DNA from: an uncultured Pelagibacteraceae bacterium
GTDB taxonomy: Bacteria > Pseudomonadota > Alphaproteobacteria > Pelagibacterales > AG-422-B15
DNA length: 64,000 nt
Direction of reading: 5' to 3'
Assembly (NCBI GenBank): GCA_902554325.1
Contig: CACDOH010000006.1
Coordinates: 150 to 64,149, forward strand
The notes under the pieces are model-generated. The model did no database searches and was not told the origin of the DNA. It was given only the letters and a program-made list of their open reading frames with translations. The position numbers and the translations under genes are program-made. Below, in pieces: positions 9,426-18,235 of this stretch (the first letter of the stretch is position 1; each line of letters opens with the position of its first letter).

Positions 9426-9896
9426 ATGAACTCTATAAATATAAACCTTTTCATCTCATTAATTACATTGATTATAGTTTTTATTCTTGAATATATTTTC
9501 AAATTAATTCCGTGTGATATGTGCTTAGTCGAGAGATACCCTTACTACGCTCTTATTTTATTAAGTATTATTGCAATGTATTTGGTAAGAATAGAAAAAG
9601 CAAAATTAAGAAAAACAATTGATTATATCTCAATCTCAACGATTTTATTTGGCTTCATTTACACTCTAAGGCATGTTGGCGTTGAAAGAGGCATTATTAA
9701 ACTAAGTACGGAATGCTCAGGCGCGCTAATTAATACGTCAGATAGATCAGCATTGCTTGAGGCACTGAATCAGGCTGCATTAGTAAGATGCGATGAGGCA
9801 ACTTATTTATTTAACTTTATATCAATTGCAGAATCTAACTTGATTTTGATGACTTTTCTCTTATTTATAAACATATATTTTTTGGTAAAAAAATGA
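9426..9896 (+). CDS. dsbB: Disulfide bond formation protein B (DsbB family)
   Basis: 156 aa, 4 TM. First periplasmic Cys pair CDMC followed by ERYPYY, and a second Cys pair (C...C) in the large loop. Confidence 0.75.
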   Translation: MNSININLFISLITLIIVFILEYIFKLIPCDMCLVERYPYYALILLSIIAMYLVRIEKAKLRKTIDYISISTILFGFIYTLRHVGVERGIIKLSTECSGALINTSDRSALLEALNQAALVRCDEATYLFNFISIAESNLILMTFLLFINIYFLVKK

Positions 9897-10423
9897 TGAA
9901 TGCAAAAAGAAAAATTTTAGAGAAAATTGTTAGAGTTGATCAAGCTGGTGAGGTAGGTGCTCAACAAATTTATGAAGGCCAGAAATTAATATTTAAGACT
10001 TTAAAAAATAAAAAAGACTTCGATCAAATTTCTCGAATGGCGGATGAAGAAAAAGAGCATCTAGACTACTTTAATGACCTTGCAAAAAAAGAATCAATTA
10101 AACCTACTAAATTATCAAACTTATTTGGAGTTGGTGCTTTCGCAATGGGCATTGGCACTGCCCTCTTGGGTCGAAAAGCTGCATATGTTTGTACAGAGGC
10201 GGTAGAAGAAGTTATTGAGGCCCATTATCAAAAACAAATAGATGAACTAGACGGTATTCACAATGATGTAAGAGAAAAAATAATTAAATTCCAAGAAGAC
10301 GAAGTAGACCATAAAAATACAGCCATTAATGAGGGGTCTCAACAAACTTTTGGCTATAGCATTTTAAGAAAAACAATTAACGAGACTACCAAGCTTGCAA
10401 TCTTTATGGCAGAGAGATACTAG
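9893..10423 (+). CDS. coq7: Demethoxyubiquinone hydroxylase Coq7 (di-iron carboxylate)
   Basis: 176 aa. Contains RVDQAGEVGAQQIYEGQ, EEKEHL and EDEVDH (two E..H di-iron motifs). ATGA overlap with dsbB. Confidence 0.85.
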   Translation: MMNAKRKILEKIVRVDQAGEVGAQQIYEGQKLIFKTLKNKKDFDQISRMADEEKEHLDYFNDLAKKESIKPTKLSNLFGVGAFAMGIGTALLGRKAAYVCTEAVEEVIEAHYQKQIDELDGIHNDVREKIIKFQEDEVDHKNTAINEGSQQTFGYSILRKTINETTKLAIFMAERY

Positions 10424-10981
10424 TTATTTTTCTAGTTGTATATCCCAGTATAGAAAATCCATCCAACTCTCATGGAGAAAATTTGGTGGGAATGATCTTC
10501 CACATTTGTCTAAATCAGCCATTGTTGGAATCTTCGGATAATTCTTTGGCTTCATGCCCGAGTGTTTGAGAAGTTTGCCTCCTTTTTTTACATTACACAT
10601 TGAACATGCAGTTACAATATTTTCCCATGTTGTTTCTCCCCCGTGTGCTCTCGGTAGTAAATGGTCGAATGTTAAATCTTTTTTCGATCCACAGTATTGG
10701 CAACTAAACTTGTCTCTTAAAAAGACATTGAATCTTGAAAAAATAGGATTTCGAGTTGGCTTAATATAAGTCTTTAAACTTATCACGCTTGGCAAATACA
10801 TCTGGAAGCTTGGACTGCTAATTTCACGGGTGTAGTTAGAAACAATATTCACTCTTCCTAAAATTACTGCTTTTACACTATCTTGCCAACACCACAGGGA
10901 GAGAGGGTAGTGACTTAGTGGACGAAAGTCAGAATTCAATACTAGAGCAGGACATTTTTCTAATGGCACACGAACAGTCAT
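10424..10981 (-). CDS. Stand-alone HNH endonuclease-domain protein
   Basis: Contains CQYCG...DHLLPRAHGG..TWEN.V.AC..CN..KG, an HNH/ENDO VII motif. Start set at the ATG at 10981 (MTVRVPLEK). Confidence 0.75.
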   Translation of the reverse strand: MTVRVPLEKCPALVLNSDFRPLSHYPLSLWCWQDSVKAVILGRVNIVSNYTREISSPSFQMYLPSVISLKTYIKPTRNPIFSRFNVFLRDKFSCQYCGSKKDLTFDHLLPRAHGGETTWENIVTACSMCNVKKGGKLLKHSGMKPKNYPKIPTMADLDKCGRSFPPNFLHESWMDFLYWDIQLEK

Positions 10982-11034
10982 ACAAATATAATATATGCAT
11001 ATGCATCTAAAATTCAAAAAAATTTTGTGTGAAA

Positions 11035-11688
11035 TTAATTTGAAAATTTTTCAGTTATGAAGTCTATGGCAATTGAAAGTCCGTCTTGGGCAATTGAATG
11101 TGGAGTATTTGGTGAAATGTGGGCTTTTACATCTAAACCAAGCCCATTTAATTTTTTTTCAGCTTCTATTGTATCTTGGTAAGGCACCATTGGGTCAGCG
11201 TCGCCGTGTATGAGATAAATTGGAGGCTTAGACTTTAACTCTTTATCCAACAATTCTGGTGCAATTAATCTACCTGAAAATCCTACAATTGCCCTTATTG
11301 GTTTTGGTCTCCTTAGACCAACGTGAAGGCTCATCATAGTTCCCTGACTAAAGCCAACAAGGGCTAAATCTTGATCAGTTAGATTGTAATGCTCAAGTTG
11401 CTCATCAATAAACTTACTAAGTGTATCTGCAGCGGTTAAAACACCTTTCCAAATTGTAGCAGGATCTCCCGATTGAAAATCAAACCACTGGTAACCCATA
11501 GGATTCATGCCGCATTTCTCTGGTGCATTAGGAGATAAGAAAACTGCATCTGGGAGCGTTGGCTGAAAATAATTGGCTAAGCTAATCAAATCATTTCCAT
11601 CTGCACCATATCCATGACAAAAAATCACAATTTTTTTTGGGTTCTGTGAGTTAGCTGCTTCAATAACGGGGCCATTAAGAATTGACAT
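11035..11688 (-). CDS. Alpha/beta hydrolase, phospholipase/carboxylesterase (acyl-protein thioesterase-like) family
   Basis: 217 aa. Nucleophile elbow GFSQG, a late HGDAD.. motif and a terminal His, typical of Abhydrolase_2. Its ATG overlaps the ecm stop (TAATG). Confidence 0.75.
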   Translation of the reverse strand: MSILNGPVIEAANSQNPKKIVIFCHGYGADGNDLISLANYFQPTLPDAVFLSPNAPEKCGMNPMGYQWFDFQSGDPATIWKGVLTAADTLSKFIDEQLEHYNLTDQDLALVGFSQGTMMSLHVGLRRPKPIRAIVGFSGRLIAPELLDKELKSKPPIYLIHGDADPMVPYQDTIEAEKKLNGLGLDVKAHISPNTPHSIAQDGLSIAIDFITEKFSN

Positions 11689-13643
11689 TAGGAAACTCTT
11701 TTCTCTACAATTCCGACAATATCACTCATAATATCTTTGAGCTGATAGTTTTTTGGTGTGTATACTGCTTCGACTCCATTGTTGATTAATAGTTTTTCAT
11801 CTTCGGTCGGAATGATCCCTCCAACAATTACTGGTATGTCATCTATATTATTTTTTTTCATTTCATTCATAATTTCTCCAACAAGTTGGACATGTGACCC
11901 GGAAAGAATAGAGAGACCGATAATATGAACATCTTCTTCAACTGATGATTTAACTATTTGTTCAGGTGTAAGCCTTATTCCCTCATATAAAACATCCATG
12001 CCACAATCACTAGCGCTCACAGCTATTTGTTCAGCACCACTCGAGTGACCATCAAGACCTGGCTTGCCAACGAGGAACTTAATGCGTCTACCGATTTTAT
12101 CTGATATATCCTCAACTCTTTTTCTAATTGCACTGTAATCATCATTGTTGGTTGGCTGTATATTGCTTATACCTGTTGGTGCTTTAAATTCTCCAAAAAC
12201 ATCTCTTAATACCGCAGACCATTCACCTGTTGTAACTCCAGCTTTGGCAGCAGCTATAGATGGTTCCATCATATTGCTTCCATTATTTGCCGCATCAATC
12301 AGATCTTTTAATGCTTTATCTGCGGCCCCCTGGTCTCTATTTTTTCTCCATTGTTGAATAGCTTTCACTTGTTCACTTTCAATTTTGGGGTCTATTGTCT
12401 CTATTCCTCCATCAGAAGAAGTCAAAGGTGACTCTTCCGTTTCTATAAAATCATTAACACCAACAACAATTTGTTCTTTGCTATTTATTTTTCTCAATCT
12501 TTCTTTTTGTGAATTAACAAGTTCTTGTTTCAAATAACCACTTTCAACTGCCTTAACAGCACCTCCAATCGACAATATATGATTAAATTCTTCATATGCC
12601 GCTTCCTCAAGTGCTTTAACTTTTTCATCTACAACTTTTGAGCCATTAAATATATCTTCAAAATGCAGCAAGTCTGTTTCAAAGGCTACAATTTGCTGAA
12701 GCCTCAAAGACCACTGTTGATCCCACGGCCTTGGCAAACCCATTGCTTCATTCCATGCAGGTAATTGAACAGCCCTAGCTCTTGCATCTTTTGACAGAAC
12801 AACGCCAAGCATTTCAATCAAAATTCTATAAACATTATTTTCTGGTTGCTGCTCGGTTAATCCGAGACTATTAACTTGCATACCGTATCTGAATCTTCTG
12901 TTTTTTGCGTCTTTAACTTTATATCGTTCCTTAGTAATTCGATCCCATAAAGAAACAAAAGCCCTCATCTTACACATTTCAGTAATAAACTTAATTCCAG
13001 AGTTAACAAAAAAACTTATCCTACCGACAACATTCTCAAATTCTTCATCGGTTAATGTTTTGGAAGACTGCACTTTATCAAGATATGCAACTGCAATTGA
13101 AAGTCCAAAAGCAAGCTCCTGCTCAGGTGTTGCTCCTACTTCAACTAGATGATAGGGACAAACATTAATTGGATTCCAGTTAGGCATTTCTTTAAATGTA
13201 AAAGTAATGACATCAGAAATAATTCTTAAACTCGGGTCTGGAGGTAGAATATAAGTGCCTCTCGATAAATATTCTTTTAGTACATCATTTTGAGTTGTGC
13301 CTCTAAGCTTGCTTCTTTCAATGCCTTGCTCATCAGCCACCGCTATATACAAACTAAGTAACCATGCAGCAGTCGCATTGATAGTCATTGAAGTGTTCAT
13401 TTTATCTAAAGGGATTTGATTAAACAAAGACCTCATATCCCCAATGTGTGAAATTGGAACTCCTACCTTGCCTACTTCGCCTTTTGATAATATGTGATCG
13501 CTATCATAGCCAGTTTGTGTTGGCAGATCAAAAGCTACAGATATACCGGTTTGACCCTTTGAAAGGTTCTTCAGATATAGTTCATTTGACTTTTTGGCAG
13601 ACGAATGTCCTGCATAAGTTCGTATAAGCCAAGGTTTATCCAT
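11688..13643 (-). CDS. ecm: Ethylmalonyl-CoA mutase (MeaA/Ecm-type, adenosylcobalamin-dependent, fused B12-binding domain)
   Basis: 651 aa. N-terminus KPWLIRTYAGHSSAKKSN.LY..NL.KGQTGISVAFDLPTQTGYDSDH is characteristic of Ecm/MeaA rather than methylmalonyl-CoA mutase. C-terminal B12-binding domain (GKPGLDGHS.GA). Divergent from ccr. Confidence 0.8.
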   Translation of the reverse strand: MDKPWLIRTYAGHSSAKKSNELYLKNLSKGQTGISVAFDLPTQTGYDSDHILSKGEVGKVGVPISHIGDMRSLFNQIPLDKMNTSMTINATAAWLLSLYIAVADEQGIERSKLRGTTQNDVLKEYLSRGTYILPPDPSLRIISDVITFTFKEMPNWNPINVCPYHLVEVGATPEQELAFGLSIAVAYLDKVQSSKTLTDEEFENVVGRISFFVNSGIKFITEMCKMRAFVSLWDRITKERYKVKDAKNRRFRYGMQVNSLGLTEQQPENNVYRILIEMLGVVLSKDARARAVQLPAWNEAMGLPRPWDQQWSLRLQQIVAFETDLLHFEDIFNGSKVVDEKVKALEEAAYEEFNHILSIGGAVKAVESGYLKQELVNSQKERLRKINSKEQIVVGVNDFIETEESPLTSSDGGIETIDPKIESEQVKAIQQWRKNRDQGAADKALKDLIDAANNGSNMMEPSIAAAKAGVTTGEWSAVLRDVFGEFKAPTGISNIQPTNNDDYSAIRKRVEDISDKIGRRIKFLVGKPGLDGHSSGAEQIAVSASDCGMDVLYEGIRLTPEQIVKSSVEEDVHIIGLSILSGSHVQLVGEIMNEMKKNNIDDIPVIVGGIIPTEDEKLLINNGVEAVYTPKNYQLKDIMSDIVGIVEKRVS

Positions 13644-13777
13644 TGTTTTTTAACGTTTTTTTTGTGAATAATTAAATCGTTTTCACTAAAATGTATATAC
13701 TAATCTATTTTAAATGGCTATAAACCTAGAAAAAAGAAACATTAGATTTATATAATCTACACCACAGGAGCTAATTT

Positions 13778-15013
13778 ATGACGACTGAAGAAAAAGATAT
13801 TTATGCAATCGGTGAGGTCCCGCCTCTTGGATACATCCCAAAAAAAATGCACGCATGGGTTATTAGAAGAGACCGTCATGGCAATCCCATGAAGTCATTT
13901 CAGGAAGAAGAATTTGATATACCTGAAGTTGGATCCAACGATGTATTAATTTTTGTTATGGCCGCTGGTGTTAATTATAATGGAGTTTGGGCAGGTTTAG
14001 GTAAGCCTGTATCTACTTTGGACATGACTAAAAAAGATTATCACATTGCAGGTTCAGATTGTTCAGGAATAGTTTGGAAAGTTGGCTCTGGAGTCAAAAA
14101 GTGGAAAGTAGGTGATGAAGTAATTATTCATGGAATGCAATGGGATCATGAAGATGCTGAAGTTAACGGTGGTGAACCAATGGTTTCAAAAACAAACAAA
14201 GTGTTTGGTTACGAAACGGCCGACGGGACTTTTGCACAATTTACATCTGTTCAAGCTCATCAGGTCCTGCGTAAACCACCAAACCTGTCTTGGGAAGAAA
14301 GTGGTTGTTATATGTTAACGCTTGCCACAGCGTATAGAATGCTTTTTGGTCATGCGCCTAACGAATTAAAACCTGGAGAGTTTGTTTTAATATGGGGGGC
14401 GTCAGGTGGTCTTGGAAGTATGGCGGTTCAACTTGCAAAAATTGTTGGAGCAAAACCTATTGGTATTATCTCGGACAACTCAAAAATTGATTATGTAAAA
14501 AGTCTTGGAGCTGTGGGAGTACTAAACAGAAAAGACTTTAATTGTTGGGGTGAACACCCAGATATTGATGATGCTGAAACATATGGAAACTATATGAAAG
14601 AAGTAAGAAAGTTTGGAAAAGCTCTATGGGAGTTCACAGGAAAAGGCAACAATGTGGACATGGTCTTTGAGCACCCAGGAGAAACTACAGTTCCTGTCTC
14701 TTGCTTTGTAGTAAAACCCGGTGGAATGGTTGTTATTTGTGCTGGTACAACTGGCTACAATTTAACTTTAGATGCAAGATATCTATGGATGCAAAGTAAA
14801 AGGCTTCAGGGCTCACACTTTGGAAACTCAAAACAAGCTAACGCAGCAAATGAACTTGTTATTGATGGAACTTTAGATCCTTGTATGTCTGAGTTGTTTG
14901 CATGGAAAAATATTCCAGATGCGCATGAGAAAATGCTAAATAATGAGCATAAAGGTGGCAATATGTCTGTTCTCGTTGGTGCGGCAAATGAAGGGCAAAA
15001 ATCTCTTAACTAA
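13778..15013 (+). CDS. ccr: Crotonyl-CoA carboxylase/reductase
   Basis: 411 aa. N-terminus IGEVPPLGYIPKKMHAWVIRRDRHG and the MDR fold (GASGGLGS) match Ccr. AGGAG SD 8 nt upstream. Clustered with ecm and mcd. Confidence 0.85.
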   Translation: MTTEEKDIYAIGEVPPLGYIPKKMHAWVIRRDRHGNPMKSFQEEEFDIPEVGSNDVLIFVMAAGVNYNGVWAGLGKPVSTLDMTKKDYHIAGSDCSGIVWKVGSGVKKWKVGDEVIIHGMQWDHEDAEVNGGEPMVSKTNKVFGYETADGTFAQFTSVQAHQVLRKPPNLSWEESGCYMLTLATAYRMLFGHAPNELKPGEFVLIWGASGGLGSMAVQLAKIVGAKPIGIISDNSKIDYVKSLGAVGVLNRKDFNCWGEHPDIDDAETYGNYMKEVRKFGKALWEFTGKGNNVDMVFEHPGETTVPVSCFVVKPGGMVVICAGTTGYNLTLDARYLWMQSKRLQGSHFGNSKQANAANELVIDGTLDPCMSELFAWKNIPDAHEKMLNNEHKGGNMSVLVGAANEGQKSLN

Positions 15014-15022
15014 ATTTATAAT

Positions 15023-16678
15023 ATGAATCAATTAATTTCAAAATGTCAGAAAGCTCTTATTACCGTCGATAAATATTACGACGCAGCTTTGCAGCATGTA
15101 AGAAGCGAACTTATAATTGATGGAAAATTATCAAGAGATAATCTTGATAAAGAACAGCATGCAGCACATGGGCTTTCATGGATAGCAGCTTATAGGGCTA
15201 CTCTTAAAGAGATGGTAAATTGGGCAGAAAGTTTAGATAAGGATTCTGCTTTCAATGAGACAGAGCAGCTTATGCTTCAAATCATATTCTCAGAATATTG
15301 TGCGCAGATAAAATCAGGTATTCCAATGTCACAACTCGAGTATGTGCGACCACAAGACCTAGGGCTTAAAAATGGTTTATTTCAAGAGAATGGAACTGAA
15401 GAATTTAATGATCTAATTCTAAATGGCAACAGTGCTGATGATAGAATGAAACTTGCACAGTTATTAAAAGATGGTTTCAGCAGCAAAAACTTTGGAAACA
15501 GTAATCTTGACGAAACGACATCTATTATCAGAGACCAGTTTAGAAAGTTTGTTGAGGACGATGTGACGCCACATGCTCATGAATGGCATTTGAAAGATGA
15601 ATTAATACCAATGCAAATTATTGAGAAGATGTCAGAGATGGGAGTTTTTGGTCTCACAATCCCTGAAGAATATGGCGGCTTAGGAATGTCTCGTTTTGTA
15701 GACTGTGTTGTGACAGAAGAACTCGCTAGAGGATATATTGGCATTGGATCATTGGGAACACGTGGTGATATTGCCGCTGAGCTTCTAATAACAGGTGGAA
15801 CTGAAGATCAAAAATTAAAATTCCTTCCCAAAATTGCATCAGGTGAAACTTTACCATGTGCAGTACTCACAGAACCACATTCAGGTTCTGACATGGGCTC
15901 CTTCAAGACAAGAGCCGTAGCAAATGGTGAGCATTACACAATTACTGGAAATAAAACTTGGGTGACACATGGTGCACGTAGTGACGTGATGATGCTCCTT
16001 GCTCGAACCAATCCTGACGAAAAGGGTTATAAAGGTTTATCAATGTTTTTGGCTGAAAAGCAAAGAGGTGACGATGATAATATGTTTCCTGATGATGGCA
16101 TTAGCGGTGGTGAAATTGAAGTCTTGGGATATAGAGGGATGAAAGAATATGAAATGGCATTCGATGGATTTAAAGTAAAGAAAGAAAATCTATTAGGCGA
16201 AGAAGAAGGCAATGGATTTAAACAGATGATGGAAACTTTTGAGTCAGCAAGAATACAAACTGCTGCAAGGGCTTTAGGTGTTGCTCAATCAGCTTTTGAA
16301 ACATCAATGCAATATGCTATTGATAGATTGAATGTTACCGGCCAATCACTATATGATAAGCCAAGAAATGCATCTAAAATTGTATCAATGGCTACTGAAA
16401 TAATGGCGGCAAGACAATTAACTTATTACGCGGCTAGAGAAAAAGATAAAGGTCACAGATGTGATCTTGAAGCAGGTATGGCTAAAATGCTCGCTGCAAG
16501 AGTTGCTTGGGCTTGTGCTGATAATGGCTTGCAAATACATGGTGGTAATGGTTTTGCACTTGAATACCCAATCAGTAGAATACTATGTGACTCAAGAATA
16601 TTGAATATATTCGAAGGCACAGCAGAGATACAGGCAGACATTGTCACTCGCAGATTAGTGTCAACAAATCCATCTTAA
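15023..16678 (+). CDS. mcd: (2S)-methylsuccinyl-CoA dehydrogenase (acyl-CoA dehydrogenase with about 170-aa N-terminal extension)
   Basis: 551 aa. The ACAD core (TEP.SGSD, G.K.W.T, IFEGTAEIQ) is preceded by a long extra N-terminal domain. Sits immediately downstream of ccr and upstream of etfBA. Confidence 0.75.
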   Translation: MNQLISKCQKALITVDKYYDAALQHVRSELIIDGKLSRDNLDKEQHAAHGLSWIAAYRATLKEMVNWAESLDKDSAFNETEQLMLQIIFSEYCAQIKSGIPMSQLEYVRPQDLGLKNGLFQENGTEEFNDLILNGNSADDRMKLAQLLKDGFSSKNFGNSNLDETTSIIRDQFRKFVEDDVTPHAHEWHLKDELIPMQIIEKMSEMGVFGLTIPEEYGGLGMSRFVDCVVTEELARGYIGIGSLGTRGDIAAELLITGGTEDQKLKFLPKIASGETLPCAVLTEPHSGSDMGSFKTRAVANGEHYTITGNKTWVTHGARSDVMMLLARTNPDEKGYKGLSMFLAEKQRGDDDNMFPDDGISGGEIEVLGYRGMKEYEMAFDGFKVKKENLLGEEEGNGFKQMMETFESARIQTAARALGVAQSAFETSMQYAIDRLNVTGQSLYDKPRNASKIVSMATEIMAARQLTYYAAREKDKGHRCDLEAGMAKMLAARVAWACADNGLQIHGGNGFALEYPISRILCDSRILNIFEGTAEIQADIVTRRLVSTNPS

Positions 16679-16679
16679 A

Positions 16680-16883
16680 ATGCCAGGATTTTTATATTAT
16701 CTATTAATTCCCATTTCTTTACTAGCAGTGCTAGCCGTATTGGGTACAGGAATATATGCTATGTTTAAGGGTGGAGACTTTAATAAAAAATACGCAAATA
16801 AATTAATGCGGTTAAGAATTACACTTCAGTTTGTCGCTATTGTCATTATCATGAGCGCATTGTACTTCTCTACTAATAGTTAA
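16680..16883 (+). CDS. Twin-transmembrane-helix small protein (HIG1-domain-like)
   Basis: 67 aa. Two hydrophobic helices separated by KGGDFNKKYANKLMRLRITLQ (HIG_1_N-like R.R..Q). Start lies 1 nt after the mcd stop, and its stop overlaps the pduO ATG. Confidence 0.7.
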   Translation: MPGFLYYLLIPISLLAVLAVLGTGIYAMFKGGDFNKKYANKLMRLRITLQFVAIVIIMSALYFSTNS

Positions 16884-17446
16884 TGGTAAAACTCAATAAA
16901 ATTTATACTAAGGCAGGTGATAAGGGTAAGACTGGTTTAGTTAACGGTAAAAGAATCTTCAAAGACAACATTCGCATCAAAGCATACGGAACCGTAGATG
17001 AGCTAAATTCAATACTAGGTATTGTTAACCTTTATACGAGGTCAAGCATAAAAAAAATAACTTCAGAAATTCAAAATGATCTTTTTGACTTAGGAGCAGA
17101 TCTTGCAACGCCAATAGAAGCAAAACCTAAGTATAAGCCGCTTCGAATTACCAGCAATCAAGTTGATAGAATAGAAAAAATTATTGATAAGTATAATAAA
17201 AAGTTAAAGCCTCTCAGTTCTTTTGTTTTGCCTGGAGGAAGTAAAGCTGCGTCATTTTTTCACAACGCACGAACTGTAGCAAGAAGAGCTGAAACTTTAA
17301 TTGTAACTTTATCAAAAAAAGAAAATATCAATGAGCAGGCCCTTAAGTATATCAATCGTTTATCAGATTTGTTTTTTGTACTATCACGTGTAGAAAATGA
17401 TAATGGAAAAAAAGATATTCTGTGGAAGCCTGGCAAGAATGTATAA
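16883..17446 (+). CDS. pduO: ATP:cob(I)alamin adenosyltransferase, PduO/MMAB type
   Basis: 187 aa. The N-terminus IYTKAGDKGKTGL and later LPGG...A..H.ART..RRAE are typical of the PduO-type family. Confidence 0.85.
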   Translation: MVKLNKIYTKAGDKGKTGLVNGKRIFKDNIRIKAYGTVDELNSILGIVNLYTRSSIKKITSEIQNDLFDLGADLATPIEAKPKYKPLRITSNQVDRIEKIIDKYNKKLKPLSSFVLPGGSKAASFFHNARTVARRAETLIVTLSKKENINEQALKYINRLSDLFFVLSRVENDNGKKDILWKPGKNV

Positions 17447-17485
17447 ATATGTTTACTCAAATAAAAAAGGTATTATAAATCAATT

Positions 17486-18235
17486 ATGAAAATTTTAGTC
17501 CCAGTAAAACGTGTTATCGACCCTTACGTAAATATTAGAGTTAAATCTGATCAATCTGGTGTCGAAACTGAAAATGTAAAAATGTCAATGAACCCTTTCT
17601 GTGAAATTGCAGTTGAAGAAGCGATTAGGTTAAAAGAAGCTGGAAAAGCTGAAGAAATAATTGCTGTTTCAATAGGAAATCAGTCCTGCCAAGAAACCAT
17701 AAGAACGGCATTAGCAATGGGTGCGGATAGAGGAATACATGTTTTAACTGAAGAAAAAATTGAGCCAATATCAATCGCAAAAATTTTATCTAAGATTTGT
17801 GAACAAGAATCTCCAGGACTAGTTATTTCTGGCAAGCAAGCAATTGATGGTGACAATAACCAGACGGGACAGATGTTAGCAGCACTAACTGATATGCCTC
17901 AAGGTACGTTTGCATCAAAAATTGAAATTGACTCAGATAAAGTTAAAGTCACTCGAGAAATTGACGGTGGCTTACAAACAGTAAGCCTAAACATGCCGGC
18001 TATTATCACAACCGACTTAAGATTAAATGAGCCTCGATATGCTTCTCTTCCAAATATAATGAAAGCAAAGAAAAAACCTATTGATCAAAAATCGCCAGAG
18101 GATTACGGAATTGACGTCACCCCTAGAGTGAATGTACTAAAAGTTATAGAGCCTCCAAAGAGAGAAGCGGGCATTAAAGTAGAAAATATTTCTGAATTAG
18201 TTGAAAAACTTAAAAATGAGGCAGGTGTTATATGA
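17486..18235 (+). CDS. etfB: Electron transfer flavoprotein beta subunit
   Basis: 249 aa. [15 protein letters not shown]..., [11 protein letters not shown] and [17 protein letters not shown] are canonical EtfB features. Confidence 0.95.
   Translation: MKILVPVKRVIDPYVNIRVKSDQSGVETENVKMSMNPFCEIAVEEAIRLKEAGKAEEIIAVSIGNQSCQETIRTALAMGADRGIHVLTEEKIEPISIAKILSKICEQESPGLVISGKQAIDGDNNQTGQMLAALTDMPQGTFASKIEIDSDKVKVTREIDGGLQTVSLNMPAIITTDLRLNEPRYASLPNIMKAKKKPIDQKSPEDYGIDVTPRVNVLKVIEPPKREAGIKVENISELVEKLKNEAGVI

Noticed and set aside
13743-13759. Inverted repeat TAGATT-N5-AATCTA containing TATAAT just upstream of the ccr SD (possible operator)
   Set aside because: The arms are only 6 bp and made mostly of A/T in AT-rich DNA. 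There is no regulator gene nearby and no matching -35. I cannot distinguish it from chance without comparative data.
11688-16678. Idea that the ecm-ccr-mcd block is a recent horizontal acquisition because it looks GC-richer than pabB, DUF1015 or priA
   Set aside because: ATP synthase, TCA and thiolase genes in the same window show the same elevated GC. The contrast tracks protein conservation and expression rather than foreign origin. There are no flanking mobility genes or repeats.
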